Positions 20,567-31,205 of a stretch of DNA of 64,000 nucleotides are shown here, piece by piece; the first letter of the stretch is position 1, and each line of letters begins with the position of its first letter. The notes beneath the pieces were generated by a model. That model saw nothing but the letters and a program-made list of their open reading frames with translations, was not told where the DNA came from and ran no database searches. Made by a program: the position numbers and the translations under genes. The DNA is from an uncultured virus (IMG/VR IMGVR_UViG_3300009702_000024) (lineage: Duplodnaviria > Heunggongvirae > Uroviricota > Caudoviricetes), in the IMG/VR virus record IMGVR_UViG_3300009702_000024. One strand, given 5' to 3'.

Positions 20567-21478
20567 GTGAGTAAAACCATCCCTAAAGAAATTATTGATA
20601 AAGCAGTTAATTTATATCAGTCTGGAAAATCTTATCAAAAAGTTGCTGATACTCTTGGTTATTCAAGAAGTGCTATACGAATACATTTGAGAAAACGAGG
20701 AATAGGAAGAACAAAATCAGAAGCTCGTCCAAAGACACTGACAGAGAAGCATAGAAAAAATATCTCGAAAGCTCAGCAAGGTGTACCAAAAAAACCACTG
20801 AAAAAGAATTTTACAGAAATGACTCCAGAATTAGCATATATACTCGGAGTCTGTATGTTCGATGCTCATGTGTGTCAAAAAGATGACACGAAATGTAAGA
20901 ATATGAGTGTTCATGGTATACGATTAGAAAGTAGAGATATAGAATTCAATGAGTTGTTCGCTCGTTGTATAGAAATACAAATTGGATATAAACCACCAAC
21001 TAAATTATATGGTAAATCCGGTATAAAAATGAATATACGAGGGAAAGTTTATTCACGAGCCAATGACACTTACCTTACTGTCGTGAATAGAATACAATTC
21101 ACAGAATTTGTTGTGAGTAAATTAAATTTGAAAATGGAACTTTTGTCGTATATTCCTAAACAATTTTATCGAGATTTTATTCGAGGAGCATGGGACAGCG
21201 AAGGTTCTATAACTCATCATAAATCTGGTGGAGCACATGTACAATGGGTCAATACAATAAAGTGGAAATTTGATTTGATATACAGAATGCTGGAGACAAT
21301 TCTCCCAATCGAATTCTTCAAATATATAAAGAAAAATGAAAGGAGGTAAGGAGAGAAGATAAGATATGAGATATATATGTATCAGAGCGATTTGGTAAGA
21401 TTTTTCTTTTTACTCATACAACCAACTATTGAAAGAAAATGGAAAACTTTCTTCACTATTTTCAATGGTGAAAAATAA
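20567..21478 (+). pseudogene. Free-standing HTH-NUMOD3-LAGLIDADG homing endonuclease with internal stop
   Basis: HTH (SYQKVADTLGYSRSAI), LTEKHRKNISKA, LAYILGVCMFDA, FIRGAWDSEGS; TAA at 21347 followed in frame by GEKIRYEIYMYQ...IQPTIERKW to 21478. Confidence 0.75.
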
Positions 21479-21511
21479 AGTTCATATATCATCTCATATA
21501 TGTTAATATGC

Positions 21512-21615
21512 CAATGGAGATAAATGCTTTTTAGCTACGAGGATACAGTTTGTACATTTCCTCTCCTCCCCCCATTATTTATCTCCATTGTCTTCTTCGC
21601 TTTTTTGTTTTTGTT
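21512..21615 (+). ncRNA. Candidate structured small RNA
   Basis: Perfect 14-bp inverted repeat 21512-21525/21577-21590, inner GAGGA/TCCTC helix, T-rich tract after it, TATA-like element at 21481. Confidence 0.45.
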
Positions 21616-21690
21616 CATCTCCCTTCCATTAAATTTTTATGTGGCGAATAAGAATAATTTATAGAAGGAATAACATACAACTTATTTCGT

Positions 21691-21730
21691 CTATTAATCA
21701 TCAGTAATACAATGCTTAGCTGATTAATAG
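21691..21730 (+). promoter_or_regulatory. Hairpin abutting RBS of downstream gene
   Basis: CTATTAATCA...TGATTAATAG 10-bp inverted repeat directly before GGGGTGA and ATG 21745. Confidence 0.5.
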
Positions 21731-21744
21731 GGGGTGATAATACA

Positions 21745-22254
21745 ATGTCATTGGAAGAAAATATATTAATGGAAAGCGCACCGGAAAACTCTTTTCAGTG
21801 GGTTGCAATTTACGAAGAAAATGGTGAATTGAAAGAATTATATCAATACATCAATAATAATGGTGAAGAACAGCAGATCAATATTTCAAAAGTAATTAGT
21901 CTTGAACAAGAAGGTAAATTACAAAAGATATATATCATTCCGAAAGGAACTGTTTTTTCAACAAGTGTCATTCCTCGTATTGGTGTGAATTTGTTAAATG
22001 GAACATTCGATGTGAATGGAGCGACCTATGATAATAAACCAATAGGTGTGTCATTCTCCGAATACAGATTTGTCCTCTATAGAACAATACATACATCTGT
22101 AGGTGTGTCTACATTAGATCCCGCTACTAGAGATGCTGGATCAGTAAAATGGTACAAGATTGGTTGGCAATCAACAGTGAACAATCAAAATTACCAAAGA
22201 GTTATCTGGTATAGTCCTACAGAAAATACATTCACTCTTAGAGAAAAGAGGTGA
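21745..22254 (+). CDS. Hypothetical protein of repeat-protein module
   Basis: Strong RBS; stop overlaps start of giant repeat gene. Confidence 0.6.
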   Translation: MSLEENILMESAPENSFQWVAIYEENGELKELYQYINNNGEEQQINISKVISLEQEGKLQKIYIIPKGTVFSTSVIPRIGVNLLNGTFDVNGATYDNKPIGVSFSEYRFVLYRTIHTSVGVSTLDPATRDAGSVKWYKIGWQSTVNNQNYQRVIWYSPTENTFTLREKR

Positions 22255-25200
22255 AATGTATGTCAAATCCACTTATTCCTAAAAGTTATAATCGATTTGC
22301 AGACAATTTTAGAAATTGGTATGCGTCTTGTAATAATTCAATAACTCTCGACATTAATCAAGTCTTTATCATGGCGACATATGTTTATGGTAAAAATAAA
22401 AAAAGTGGATATGCTCGTTTGTGGTTTAGAGAAGTAGGATCATATACATGGAATTTAGTCACAAGTTGGTCACCCGTAAGATGGGCGAATTCTATTGACA
22501 CAATTCTCATTGATGGAAATCTTATATCATCGAATGATCGTGCACAGTGCTATACAACAAATGTAGCTGTTGAGTCAGTGGATGATAATATTCAAGCTAT
22601 AGAGCCCGGTAAACATAAGTATGGAGAAATTCAGTGGGGATTAAAATTCGATCCTTCTCTGTCGTATGGAACTGAGTTTGAATTTAGACTTGGTGCATTC
22701 AAAAAATTTGATGATGATGATGATGATAATAATAACAATAATCCAAAGAATGAAGTGTTTGAACATTTACTTGGAACTGTTACAATTCAATCTGCTTCTA
22801 TAACTCACACAATAACTAAAACCTCAAATTTGAAAATTTCTGGTGTCTTCTATAAAGTTATCAATTCAAGTATGAGTATAAAAGCTAAAAAAAGTATAAG
22901 TGTGCCAAGTAATAGTTCATTAAAGTCTTCTAATACTATAATAAAATTATCTTACACTCGTCTATTAGCAAATCAAAAAATTGATGTAGCGTCTGATACA
23001 AAGATTGTATCTCAACCGTCAATTAATAAAATATTAAATGTACGAATAAGTGTAAATCAACAATTATCACTATTGTCCCAAGTTGCAATTATAGGAGGAT
23101 CTAAGCAGAAGACTTTTACAAGTAATACGAATATTCAGAAATTACAGAATATTATTTTCTCTTCAAAAACAAATATTAAAAAATTATCAAGTGATTTTAT
23201 TATATATTCCGTATCGAGAATTAAGCAATTAAATTTCGCAATCAACTTCCTTTCGAATACAAAAATAAAACGAAAATTGGGGATGTCTTTCACATCAAAT
23301 AGTAGTATAAAGAAAGTGAATAGATACGTAGTAAAATCTTCTACGAGTAGAATTTTAGCACATCAAAATATTACTGTCTCGTCTAATACTCGTATTTATC
23401 AAGATGTCTCAACAACACTTACCTCAAATACAAGAATAAAAAATTTCGATACTACTATAAAGACATCAAATGTGAAAATTCTTGGTAAGAAATCACTTAT
23501 TAAAAGTTCTCAGATGAGAGTAAAGTGGAATTTAACTTTTACTGTTCCAAGCCAATCAAAAATAAGTCAGAAAAAATTCTTAATATTCTATTCGTGCACG
23601 AGAATAAAAATAAATCAACCAATTATCAATATATCTCAAATGCGAATAGTTTCAACTTCACAAAAATTATTTCCGATAAATACACGAGTGAAGAGAAATC
23701 AGTCTATCACTAAAACATCAAATACAAATATTGTCATTTACAAAAATTCAATAATTGTATCTAATATCAGAATAAGTTCATCGTCCAAAATAGAAATACT
23801 TTCAAATAGTACAATTATCGCTAATCAGATCATAGAAAAGACTTCAGATATTCGTTTAAAGTCATCAAATTTTCTATTGTTCCCATCTCATTTTAGAACA
23901 GTAATTAATCAACAATTTTCAAAAACTTCAAATTCAAGAATAATAACTCACGAAAATTCACTTTTAAATTCCAATACAAAAATTATCTCACGAAAGCAAG
24001 ATACTTATTTGAGTGATATTCGTATTAAAAGATCATATGGAATATCAATCTCCTCAAATACTGTAATACAGAGGTATCAGAGTTTTATCATTCCATCCTC
24101 TACAAGAATAAGTAATTTTGGAATAAAGACATATTCTTCAAATGTTCGTGTTCTTTCTTATAAAATTATTTTACATGCTCAAAATACAAGAATAAAATCT
24201 ATTCAATCAATATTGAAAAATTCTGATGTGAGAATAATAGATCCATCTTCTTCAATTATATTCTCAAATACACGAATGAAGAAAAACTCTAAATTCTTAA
24301 TTTCATCAAACAGTAAAATTACTCAGAAAAATTTTATGATATACAACTCTTCTACTCGAATAAAGAATAGTGATCAATTAATTATCTCAAGTAATGCACA
24401 AATAACAATTAATAATATCTCACAAGTATTTTCATCAACAAGGGTGAAAAAGAAAAGAGCAAAAACTTTTACTTCTAATACAAGTATTCTCTATCCTCGT
24501 TATACAATAAAAGCATCACACTCTCGAATTAAGAATGGTGCCCAACCTTTACTATTTCTTTCTAATAGTAGAATTGTCAATCGTATTTCCACTACAATAA
24601 TATCAAAAACTCGAATAATGAATAAACAGTATATTATCATATCGTCTAAGACAATTATTCGTAATATCTCTAAGCAGATTATAAAAACATCAAATGTGAA
24701 GATACTCCATAAAAATACTTTTACTCTTCTATCGAATGTAAAAATTTTACCAAAATTACTCCTCTCGAATATTCGTATTAAGAAAATGCAGAATATGATG
24801 TTGATAAATGACATGAGAATAAGAAGAACTCAAGCAAAATTGTTATTATCGGATTTGACTATCTATTCAGCTACCAGCAATTATCTTTACACGTCTAATA
24901 CCAGAATTAAAAGGGAGCAAATGATGTACTGGTTATTATCCAACAGTAAAATTATTACAAAGAATGCTCTATTATTACTTTGTAATGCTCGTATTATACA
25001 ACCTAATAAACAAATGACATATTCGTCAAATGTTTTGATCAGACAATTGAATGTGATGACATTCAGTTCACAATTGAATATCATTACAAAAAATAATACA
25101 ATAATATTACCTTCTCATTTGAGAATTTTACAGAGTAATCAGATAAATGTGAACAGCAATATTAAACTAATTTCAACAAGAAATATTCTTATTCCATCAC

Positions 25201-26150
25201 AGACCAATATCACGAAAAAACAACAAGTACAAAAATTGATATATTCAAGAATTTTCACAAGGCAACTGAAGACAGTTACTTCTAATACAAAGATATTTTG
25301 GAAGCAATCAATGCTCTTCTCATCTAATACAGCAATTAAATATACATTATTCAAGAAAACTGTTCATTCACGAACGAGAATAAAAAATTTGAATAGATCA
25401 ATTACAATGCTATCTAACAGTAGAATTTTCAATATTGGTACTCATTTCAACAGCACATCACTAAGTAGAATAGTGAGAAAATATTCAATTACAATACCGT
25501 CTGATTTTAGAATTACCGGTTTACAGAATTCTCTTAAATTGTTAAATACGAGAATAAAACAATTAAATAATTCTCTGACAATTCTTTCTAATACAAAGAT
25601 TATTGGAAACTATTCACTACTTGTGCCATCATTTACGAGAATAAAAATACCAAATACATCAATACAAATAACTTCTCACGCAATTGTAATATATAGAAAT
25701 GCATTCACTATTTTATCTAATTCGAGAATTATCACCACTCAAACTAATAATACACACTCCAGCATATCTCGTATAAAATCCGTGGAGGTATTTACAAGAC
25801 CATCTCAATCTCGTGTGAAGATTTTGAATAATTTAATAAGCACTGTAATAAATTCAAGAATACAGAATACTCAATCTTTGAATGCATTGTCACAGACGAG
25901 AATAAAACAGAGAAATCGAGTGCAGAGTATTGTAAACATTTCGAGAATAAAAGTACCGATGAGCAAATTATTCTTATCTAATGCATATGTCATTCAAAAG
26001 AATAGGAAAGAATTATTATCATCGGTGAGAATAAAGAAGCATGGTAATAGTATAACTTTATTCTCTAATACTCGAATAGTATTACCACCTTTGAATATTG
26101 ACAGATTAAATGTCATATTCCTAAAAAGGAGAATTAGTGATCAAATATGA
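22251..26150 (+). CDS. Giant basic repeat protein (about 70 x ~15-aa S[N/D]xRI units), putative fibre
   Basis: ~180-aa N-terminal domain containing a D6N5 run, then degenerate SNTRIK repeats to C-terminus; few acidic residues. Confidence 0.7.
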   Translation: MKCMSNPLIPKSYNRFADNFRNWYASCNNSITLDINQVFIMATYVYGKNKKSGYARLWFREVGSYTWNLVTSWSPVRWANSIDTILIDGNLISSNDRAQCYTTNVAVESVDDNIQAIEPGKHKYGEIQWGLKFDPSLSYGTEFEFRLGAFKKFDDDDDDNNNNNPKNEVFEHLLGTVTIQSASITHTITKTSNLKISGVFYKVINSSMSIKAKKSISVPSNSSLKSSNTIIKLSYTRLLANQKIDVASDTKIVSQPSINKILNVRISVNQQLSLLSQVAIIGGSKQKTFTSNTNIQKLQNIIFSSKTNIKKLSSDFIIYSVSRIKQLNFAINFLSNTKIKRKLGMSFTSNSSIKKVNRYVVKSSTSRILAHQNITVSSNTRIYQDVSTTLTSNTRIKNFDTTIKTSNVKILGKKSLIKSSQMRVKWNLTFTVPSQSKISQKKFLIFYSCTRIKINQPIINISQMRIVSTSQKLFPINTRVKRNQSITKTSNTNIVIYKNSIIVSNIRISSSSKIEILSNSTIIANQIIEKTSDIRLKSSNFLLFPSHFRTVINQQFSKTSNSRIITHENSLLNSNTKIISRKQDTYLSDIRIKRSYGISISSNTVIQRYQSFIIPSSTRISNFGIKTYSSNVRVLSYKIILHAQNTRIKSIQSILKNSDVRIIDPSSSIIFSNTRMKKNSKFLISSNSKITQKNFMIYNSSTRIKNSDQLIISSNAQITINNISQVFSSTRVKKKRAKTFTSNTSILYPRYTIKASHSRIKNGAQPLLFLSNSRIVNRISTTIISKTRIMNKQYIIISSKTIIRNISKQIIKTSNVKILHKNTFTLLSNVKILPKLLLSNIRIKKMQNMMLINDMRIRRTQAKLLLSDLTIYSATSNYLYTSNTRIKREQMMYWLLSNSKIITKNALLLLCNARIIQPNKQMTYSSNVLIRQLNVMTFSSQLNIITKNNTIILPSHLRILQSNQINVNSNIKLISTRNILIPSQTNITKKQQVQKLIYSRIFTRQLKTVTSNTKIFWKQSMLFSSNTAIKYTLFKKTVHSRTRIKNLNRSITMLSNSRIFNIGTHFNSTSLSRIVRKYSITIPSDFRITGLQNSLKLLNTRIKQLNNSLTILSNTKIIGNYSLLVPSFTRIKIPNTSIQITSHAIVIYRNAFTILSNSRIITTQTNNTHSSISRIKSVEVFTRPSQSRVKILNNLISTVINSRIQNTQSLNALSQTRIKQRNRVQSIVNISRIKVPMSKLFLSNAYVIQKNRKELLSSVRIKKHGNSITLFSNTRIVLPPLNIDRLNVIFLKRRISDQI

Positions 26151-29100
26151 CAACCCAAGATCAGTATGGATTTGGAACGGTGCTACAAAATACACCGGGA
26201 ATTTCATGGACAAATCCCAATAATGTTTTAACAGATAATGGTGTATGTGCATTAGCCACTGTAGTTTTCCCACCATCAAGTACACAAACTCTTGAAATGA
26301 ATGTAACAAATTTTTCATTGGGAAGTGTTGCTAGTGTAGATTCTGTTCAAGGTCGTATTCAAGTCAATGTAAACACTGTATCAAATCCTTATACAGTGAG
26401 GTTCTATTTTAATGATGGAACGGGTTGGTGTCCGGGTCACACAACCAGTGGAGCTACTTCATATGGATCAAGTTGTTCGGGTTCAACATATATCTATACA
26501 TGCTCTCATTTCGTGTGGACAAAGACAAGTCTTGAGACAGCTAATCTCAAAGTACGAGCGAGAATAGAAGGTGCTGCTGGAGATGTAAGAGTAGACTTCT
26601 TAGCTATGAGAGCGAATTATACACCTTCTGCTGGTGAACCAGAACAACCTATAGCTCCATCTTTATCAGCTAATTGTACGAATATTAACATAACAGCTAC
26701 AAAACCGAATTCCAATGGAGGTACTTTATTCAAATGGGAGTACCAGATGGATACAGTAAATACATTCAACAGCAGTAATCTTATAAATTCTGGTATTCTA
26801 GCAATTAATTCTGGATCATCCACCGATTTTGCTACACATGCTGCTATTTCTCCAAGTACTTTACATTATGTGCGTGTAAGATACCAGAATGTCAGTCCAA
26901 CAACATGGTCACTCTGGTCTTCAGCTTCAAGTGTAACTTCAGACGGAGTACCGGGTCAAGCTGCCGATCCAGTTTTGACTTCTGAACCAGACTCTGTGAC
27001 TTCTGGAAAATCTCAAGTAACTGTAACTCAAGGAACTGCTCCTTCATTTAATGGATGTACAACGAGCGAGAGTTACCAATCTGAAATAGCTCCCGATAAT
27101 AGTGGAGCACCCGGTACATTTACAGATTTACAAACGGACACTACAATTGGATCTACACGAACCATTGTACACAGAGGTCTTACACCGGGTGGAGTTTATT
27201 GGGTAAGACATCGATTTAATAACTCAGTAGGTAATGGAGCATGGTCAAATGCTGTATCTATTACAGTTGACAATGTTCCAAGTGCTCCTACTGTCGTTGG
27301 TCGTAATAATAGTAAGTCAATTAATTCATCTCCTCCTCCCGATAAATTACCTCGTATTATTATAACCAAGCCTCCAGATCCTATTGACAACGGTGATCCA
27401 CTCACTCATTGGCAGTGGCAGAGAGCACCGGACAATGCTGGTTCTCCCGGAACATGGGGAGCTTGGAGTTCTGATATACCAATAACTACACTAACTCAAA
27501 ACGATGATAATGTAGCATTGGGAACAAAGTATTTCTACAGAGGGAGATTTAAAAACGGAGTCGGTTATGGAGTCAATGGGACAGCTAATTATATTCTCGC
27601 ATACAATGTTCCCGATGCTACTCTCAATCCAACTTTCGTATCAGCAACAAAAACTTCTATAACTTTTGCATGGACAGCACCAACAACAAATGGTTCTACC
27701 ATTTTAAGCTATATTTATGAATGGAAAAAACATGATGGGAATTATGTTTCTATTGATACTGGTTCAACCAGTTTACAATTTACAAAAACGGGTCTGACAG
27801 CTGGAACACGATATTATTTTTCTATAAGAACACATGCTGATCTTGGTGATAGTTTATATTCTACTTCTTCAGCTTTCTACACACTACCCGGAGTTATTAG
27901 TAATGCTGTAGCTTCTGCTGTTGACAACACAGCTGGACAGATAGTTATTTCTTGGGATCCATATGTTTTTGATAGTGATCAAGCAATAACAACTCAATAT
28001 AAGATATATGTGGCTGATACAACTGGAGGTACTTACACAGAGCTTGTAACCTCACAATCAACAACCACATATACACATACTGGACTTGGAAATGGTGTAC
28101 AAAAATACTACAAAATTGTAGCAATAAATCCCTTAACTGGAGACATAGGAGCTATAGCTGATGCAACTGAAATAACCGCAGTTACAATAAACATTCCTAC
28201 AGCACCCGGAACACCAGTGTTTGTCAGTGATACAACCACTTCAATTACTTTCTCGTGGACTGCACCTACATTTGACGGTGGTAATGAACCATCTGATACT
28301 TCTATAACTAATTATCATTATTGGTGGTGGAAGCATGGAACACCATACGCTGAAATTAATACTAATTCAACTTCACTCACAGCTATAAAATCTGCTCTTC
28401 AACAGAATACAAAGTACTATTTCCAAGTGTTTGCTTTTAATTCAGCTGGATTAGAGTCAACACATTCAGCAAATGGAGGATTTTATACTCAACCCGATAT
28501 ACCAGCTAATCCGGTAGCTGTCGGAGAACCCGGTCAAACAACATTATCATGGAATGCTGTAACTATAGATACAGACGACATAACACAAACATTCTATGAT
28601 ATTGATGTATCCAATGATGGTTCAACAAATTGGACATCATTAGTAACTGGACTCACTACTCTGTCGTATGTCCATAGTGGTCTTGGAAATGGAGTGACAA
28701 AGTATTATAGAATACGTGCTCGTAATCCTTATGCTTCAAGTAATAATACAACAACAATTTCCGCTACGACAGATGTTGTACCAAGTACTTCAAATCCTCC
28801 ATCAGTGATAGTTCCAGATGGTACAAGTGGAACACTACGAGTTACAAGATCAACACTTCCTTCAAATGGTGGTGATCCTATAACTCACTGGAGTATACAA
28901 TCTTCAGATGATAATGGAATTACTGATCCATTTACTTTACATACAGTTGATATACCAATAGCCACTTTATCAGTAGATGTTACGACAGATTATAGTAATG
29001 TGCTTCTTGGAGACGGTAAAACGCAGTATTATAAAATCGCATTCAAAAATGGTGTGGGATATGGAGCATATAGTACCTCTGCTCAAAATACAACACCATC

Positions 29101-30829
29101 AGTACCGGGAACACCTCTTGCTCCTAATCTTTCGACACCATCACACAATACTATTGTCATTGATAGACCACCTTTGACAGCTAACAATGGAGAAAGTATT
29201 GATACTTGGACAATAAGAAAAGTTAAAGGATTGAGCGGTTCTTTCTCGGACTATATCACTTTACCAATAACTACTTTGAGTTATACAGATTTTCCAATTG
29301 AGTCTGGAACTTGGAGATACGAAGTATATTTCACAAATGCAGTTGGCAATAGTCTATTTTCTGGTATATCAATAGCAAACGCTACTCCACAAATTATAAC
29401 AAAATTCTTGAATACAAATATCAAAGTTGTAAATAATGGTATAACCATTTTATCAAATACTCATATTAAAACTACAAATTCTATTATACAGTTAATCAAC
29501 ACAAGAGTAAAAAATCAAAGTGGTCAAATAATATCATCGTCAAATACTCGAATTAAAACACTTAATCAATCTAGTACAACACTTTCTGATTTACGAGTGA
29601 AACAAAAACAAAATATGATAATATTGTCAGATATTCGATTAGCAATTCTCGGAAAATCAATTGATATATTATCAGATACTCGAATACAAAAATCATTCGC
29701 TTTGTCGTTATTATCTGATAGTAAACTTAAAAAAATGTTTACTGTGACTCTTTTATCAGATAGTAGTATTAAAGTTCTCAATAATACAATATCTTATCCA
29801 TCATTAACAAGGATAAAAATTCTACAACAAAGTACACAAAGTATTACGAATTCACGAGTATTGAAAACACAAAAAATTGATGTTCCATTATTAAGTAGAA
29901 TTCAAAAATTGGGAAATTCTCTGACATTTGCAAATCGAGTAAGAATATCTATTCTTGATACCAGTTTATTGAGTTCCGATGCTCGTATTAAAAAATTAAG
30001 TACATCTTTTGCAAAGACATCTAATACGAAAATTATTTTAAAACAGAGCATTACTACATTATCAAACACCAGTATAAAATTAATTAATGATATACTCATT
30101 CTATCAGATGTAAAAATAAAAAAAACATCGGTTATAAATTCTTTATCTAATACTCGTATTTTGAGCAATGCAAATAGTTTAACTTCTATTCTTTCCGCTC
30201 GTATAATAAAATCATCAAGTTTTAGTATATTATCTCAAAGTGTAATTAAAAAATTAAATAACAATTTTACTATTCTCAATCAATCGAATATTAAAAAGAA
30301 TTTAAATTTCACAATGCTATCGAATACGAGAATAAAAAATATTCAGCAACGAACAAAAATATCTGATATTCGAATAAAGAAATTAGGTCAATCTTTCAGT
30401 AATTTTACTAATACAAGAGTGAAGAAAATTGGAGTACAGATGACTTCTCTTTCTGATACTCGTATTTCTGGTATTTCATCATTAAATAAAATTATTCTCA
30501 GTCGAGTAAAGAAAATTAGTACATCATTCGATGTCGTTTCAAATACACGTCTCATTCGTAGAGGAACTTTAAGTTTTAATTCTTCTGTACGTATACTCAC
30601 TCTAAGTAATATAATCACAGCAACAATGAGCAGTTCACGAGTGAGAATACCCAATCAAATTATAACTGTACCAAGTAATACGACAATTATCAAAAAAGGA
30701 ATTATAGATGTATCTTCTAATTCCAGAATTCTTGTTGTAAATTCTATTAATATTGTTTCAAGCAGTACAATACTTGGTGTGAAAGGTAATTTAAAAGTTA
30801 TCTTTAAAAAATTTAATACGAACATATAG
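26147..30829 (+). CDS. Fibronectin type III repeat protein with C-terminal SNTRIK repeats (putative adhesin/fibre)
   Basis: Multiple FN3 units (SITFAWTAP..GLTAGTRYYFSIR), then about 30 S[N/D]TRIK repeats. Confidence 0.8.
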   Translation: MTTQDQYGFGTVLQNTPGISWTNPNNVLTDNGVCALATVVFPPSSTQTLEMNVTNFSLGSVASVDSVQGRIQVNVNTVSNPYTVRFYFNDGTGWCPGHTTSGATSYGSSCSGSTYIYTCSHFVWTKTSLETANLKVRARIEGAAGDVRVDFLAMRANYTPSAGEPEQPIAPSLSANCTNINITATKPNSNGGTLFKWEYQMDTVNTFNSSNLINSGILAINSGSSTDFATHAAISPSTLHYVRVRYQNVSPTTWSLWSSASSVTSDGVPGQAADPVLTSEPDSVTSGKSQVTVTQGTAPSFNGCTTSESYQSEIAPDNSGAPGTFTDLQTDTTIGSTRTIVHRGLTPGGVYWVRHRFNNSVGNGAWSNAVSITVDNVPSAPTVVGRNNSKSINSSPPPDKLPRIIITKPPDPIDNGDPLTHWQWQRAPDNAGSPGTWGAWSSDIPITTLTQNDDNVALGTKYFYRGRFKNGVGYGVNGTANYILAYNVPDATLNPTFVSATKTSITFAWTAPTTNGSTILSYIYEWKKHDGNYVSIDTGSTSLQFTKTGLTAGTRYYFSIRTHADLGDSLYSTSSAFYTLPGVISNAVASAVDNTAGQIVISWDPYVFDSDQAITTQYKIYVADTTGGTYTELVTSQSTTTYTHTGLGNGVQKYYKIVAINPLTGDIGAIADATEITAVTINIPTAPGTPVFVSDTTTSITFSWTAPTFDGGNEPSDTSITNYHYWWWKHGTPYAEINTNSTSLTAIKSALQQNTKYYFQVFAFNSAGLESTHSANGGFYTQPDIPANPVAVGEPGQTTLSWNAVTIDTDDITQTFYDIDVSNDGSTNWTSLVTGLTTLSYVHSGLGNGVTKYYRIRARNPYASSNNTTTISATTDVVPSTSNPPSVIVPDGTSGTLRVTRSTLPSNGGDPITHWSIQSSDDNGITDPFTLHTVDIPIATLSVDVTTDYSNVLLGDGKTQYYKIAFKNGVGYGAYSTSAQNTTPSVPGTPLAPNLSTPSHNTIVIDRPPLTANNGESIDTWTIRKVKGLSGSFSDYITLPITTLSYTDFPIESGTWRYEVYFTNAVGNSLFSGISIANATPQIITKFLNTNIKVVNNGITILSNTHIKTTNSIIQLINTRVKNQSGQIISSSNTRIKTLNQSSTTLSDLRVKQKQNMIILSDIRLAILGKSIDILSDTRIQKSFALSLLSDSKLKKMFTVTLLSDSSIKVLNNTISYPSLTRIKILQQSTQSITNSRVLKTQKIDVPLLSRIQKLGNSLTFANRVRISILDTSLLSSDARIKKLSTSFAKTSNTKIILKQSITTLSNTSIKLINDILILSDVKIKKTSVINSLSNTRILSNANSLTSILSARIIKSSSFSILSQSVIKKLNNNFTILNQSNIKKNLNFTMLSNTRIKNIQQRTKISDIRIKKLGQSFSNFTNTRVKKIGVQMTSLSDTRISGISSLNKIILSRVKKISTSFDVVSNTRLIRRGTLSFNSSVRILTLSNIITATMSSSRVRIPNQIITVPSNTTIIKKGIIDVSSNSRILVVNSINIVSSSTILGVKGNLKVIFKKFNTNI

Positions 30830-30840
30830 GTGATAAAAAA

Positions 30841-31191
30841 ATGTCAACGCAATTACCACAAACATTAATCTTCCGAGAAGACAATACACGAGAGGGGATG
30901 GAATTTTATCTTTTCGATGACAAAAATAATCTTCCAGCAAATCTTAATGGAGCATCAATCCGTATTATTGTTTGGAATAAAAAGAATAAAAATGTCATCA
31001 TTGATGATTATTGCACGATTTTACAGCCTCCAAATCTAGGGAGATGCTACTATCAACCTAAAGTAGGTGAGATGGCTACAGCTGGTGAATATTCAGTAGA
31101 GTTGAGTCCTATAATTTTTGGAGATGGAACAATGGACTCGTTACAGAACATGACATTAATCATCACAAAAACATCTGACACATTCATATAA
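30841..31191 (+). CDS. BppU N-terminal-like Ig-fold protein
   Basis: NLNGASIRI..GRCYY..AGEYSVEL pattern; AGGTGA RBS. Confidence 0.6.
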   Translation: MSTQLPQTLIFREDNTREGMEFYLFDDKNNLPANLNGASIRIIVWNKKNKNVIIDDYCTILQPPNLGRCYYQPKVGEMATAGEYSVELSPIIFGDGTMDSLQNMTLIITKTSDTFI

Positions 31192-31205
31192 TAATAGGTG
31201 ATTGT

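Noticed and set aside
21347..21349. Stop-codon reassignment
   Set aside because: TAA, TAG and TGA all end genes normally and coding density is high under the standard code.
21776..21779. Complete GCGC avoidance
   Set aside because: GCGC occurs here and near 43450, so it is at most depleted.
22251..30829. Diversity-generating retroelement target
   Set aside because: No reverse transcriptase in the window and no template/variable repeat pair differing only at adenines was seen.
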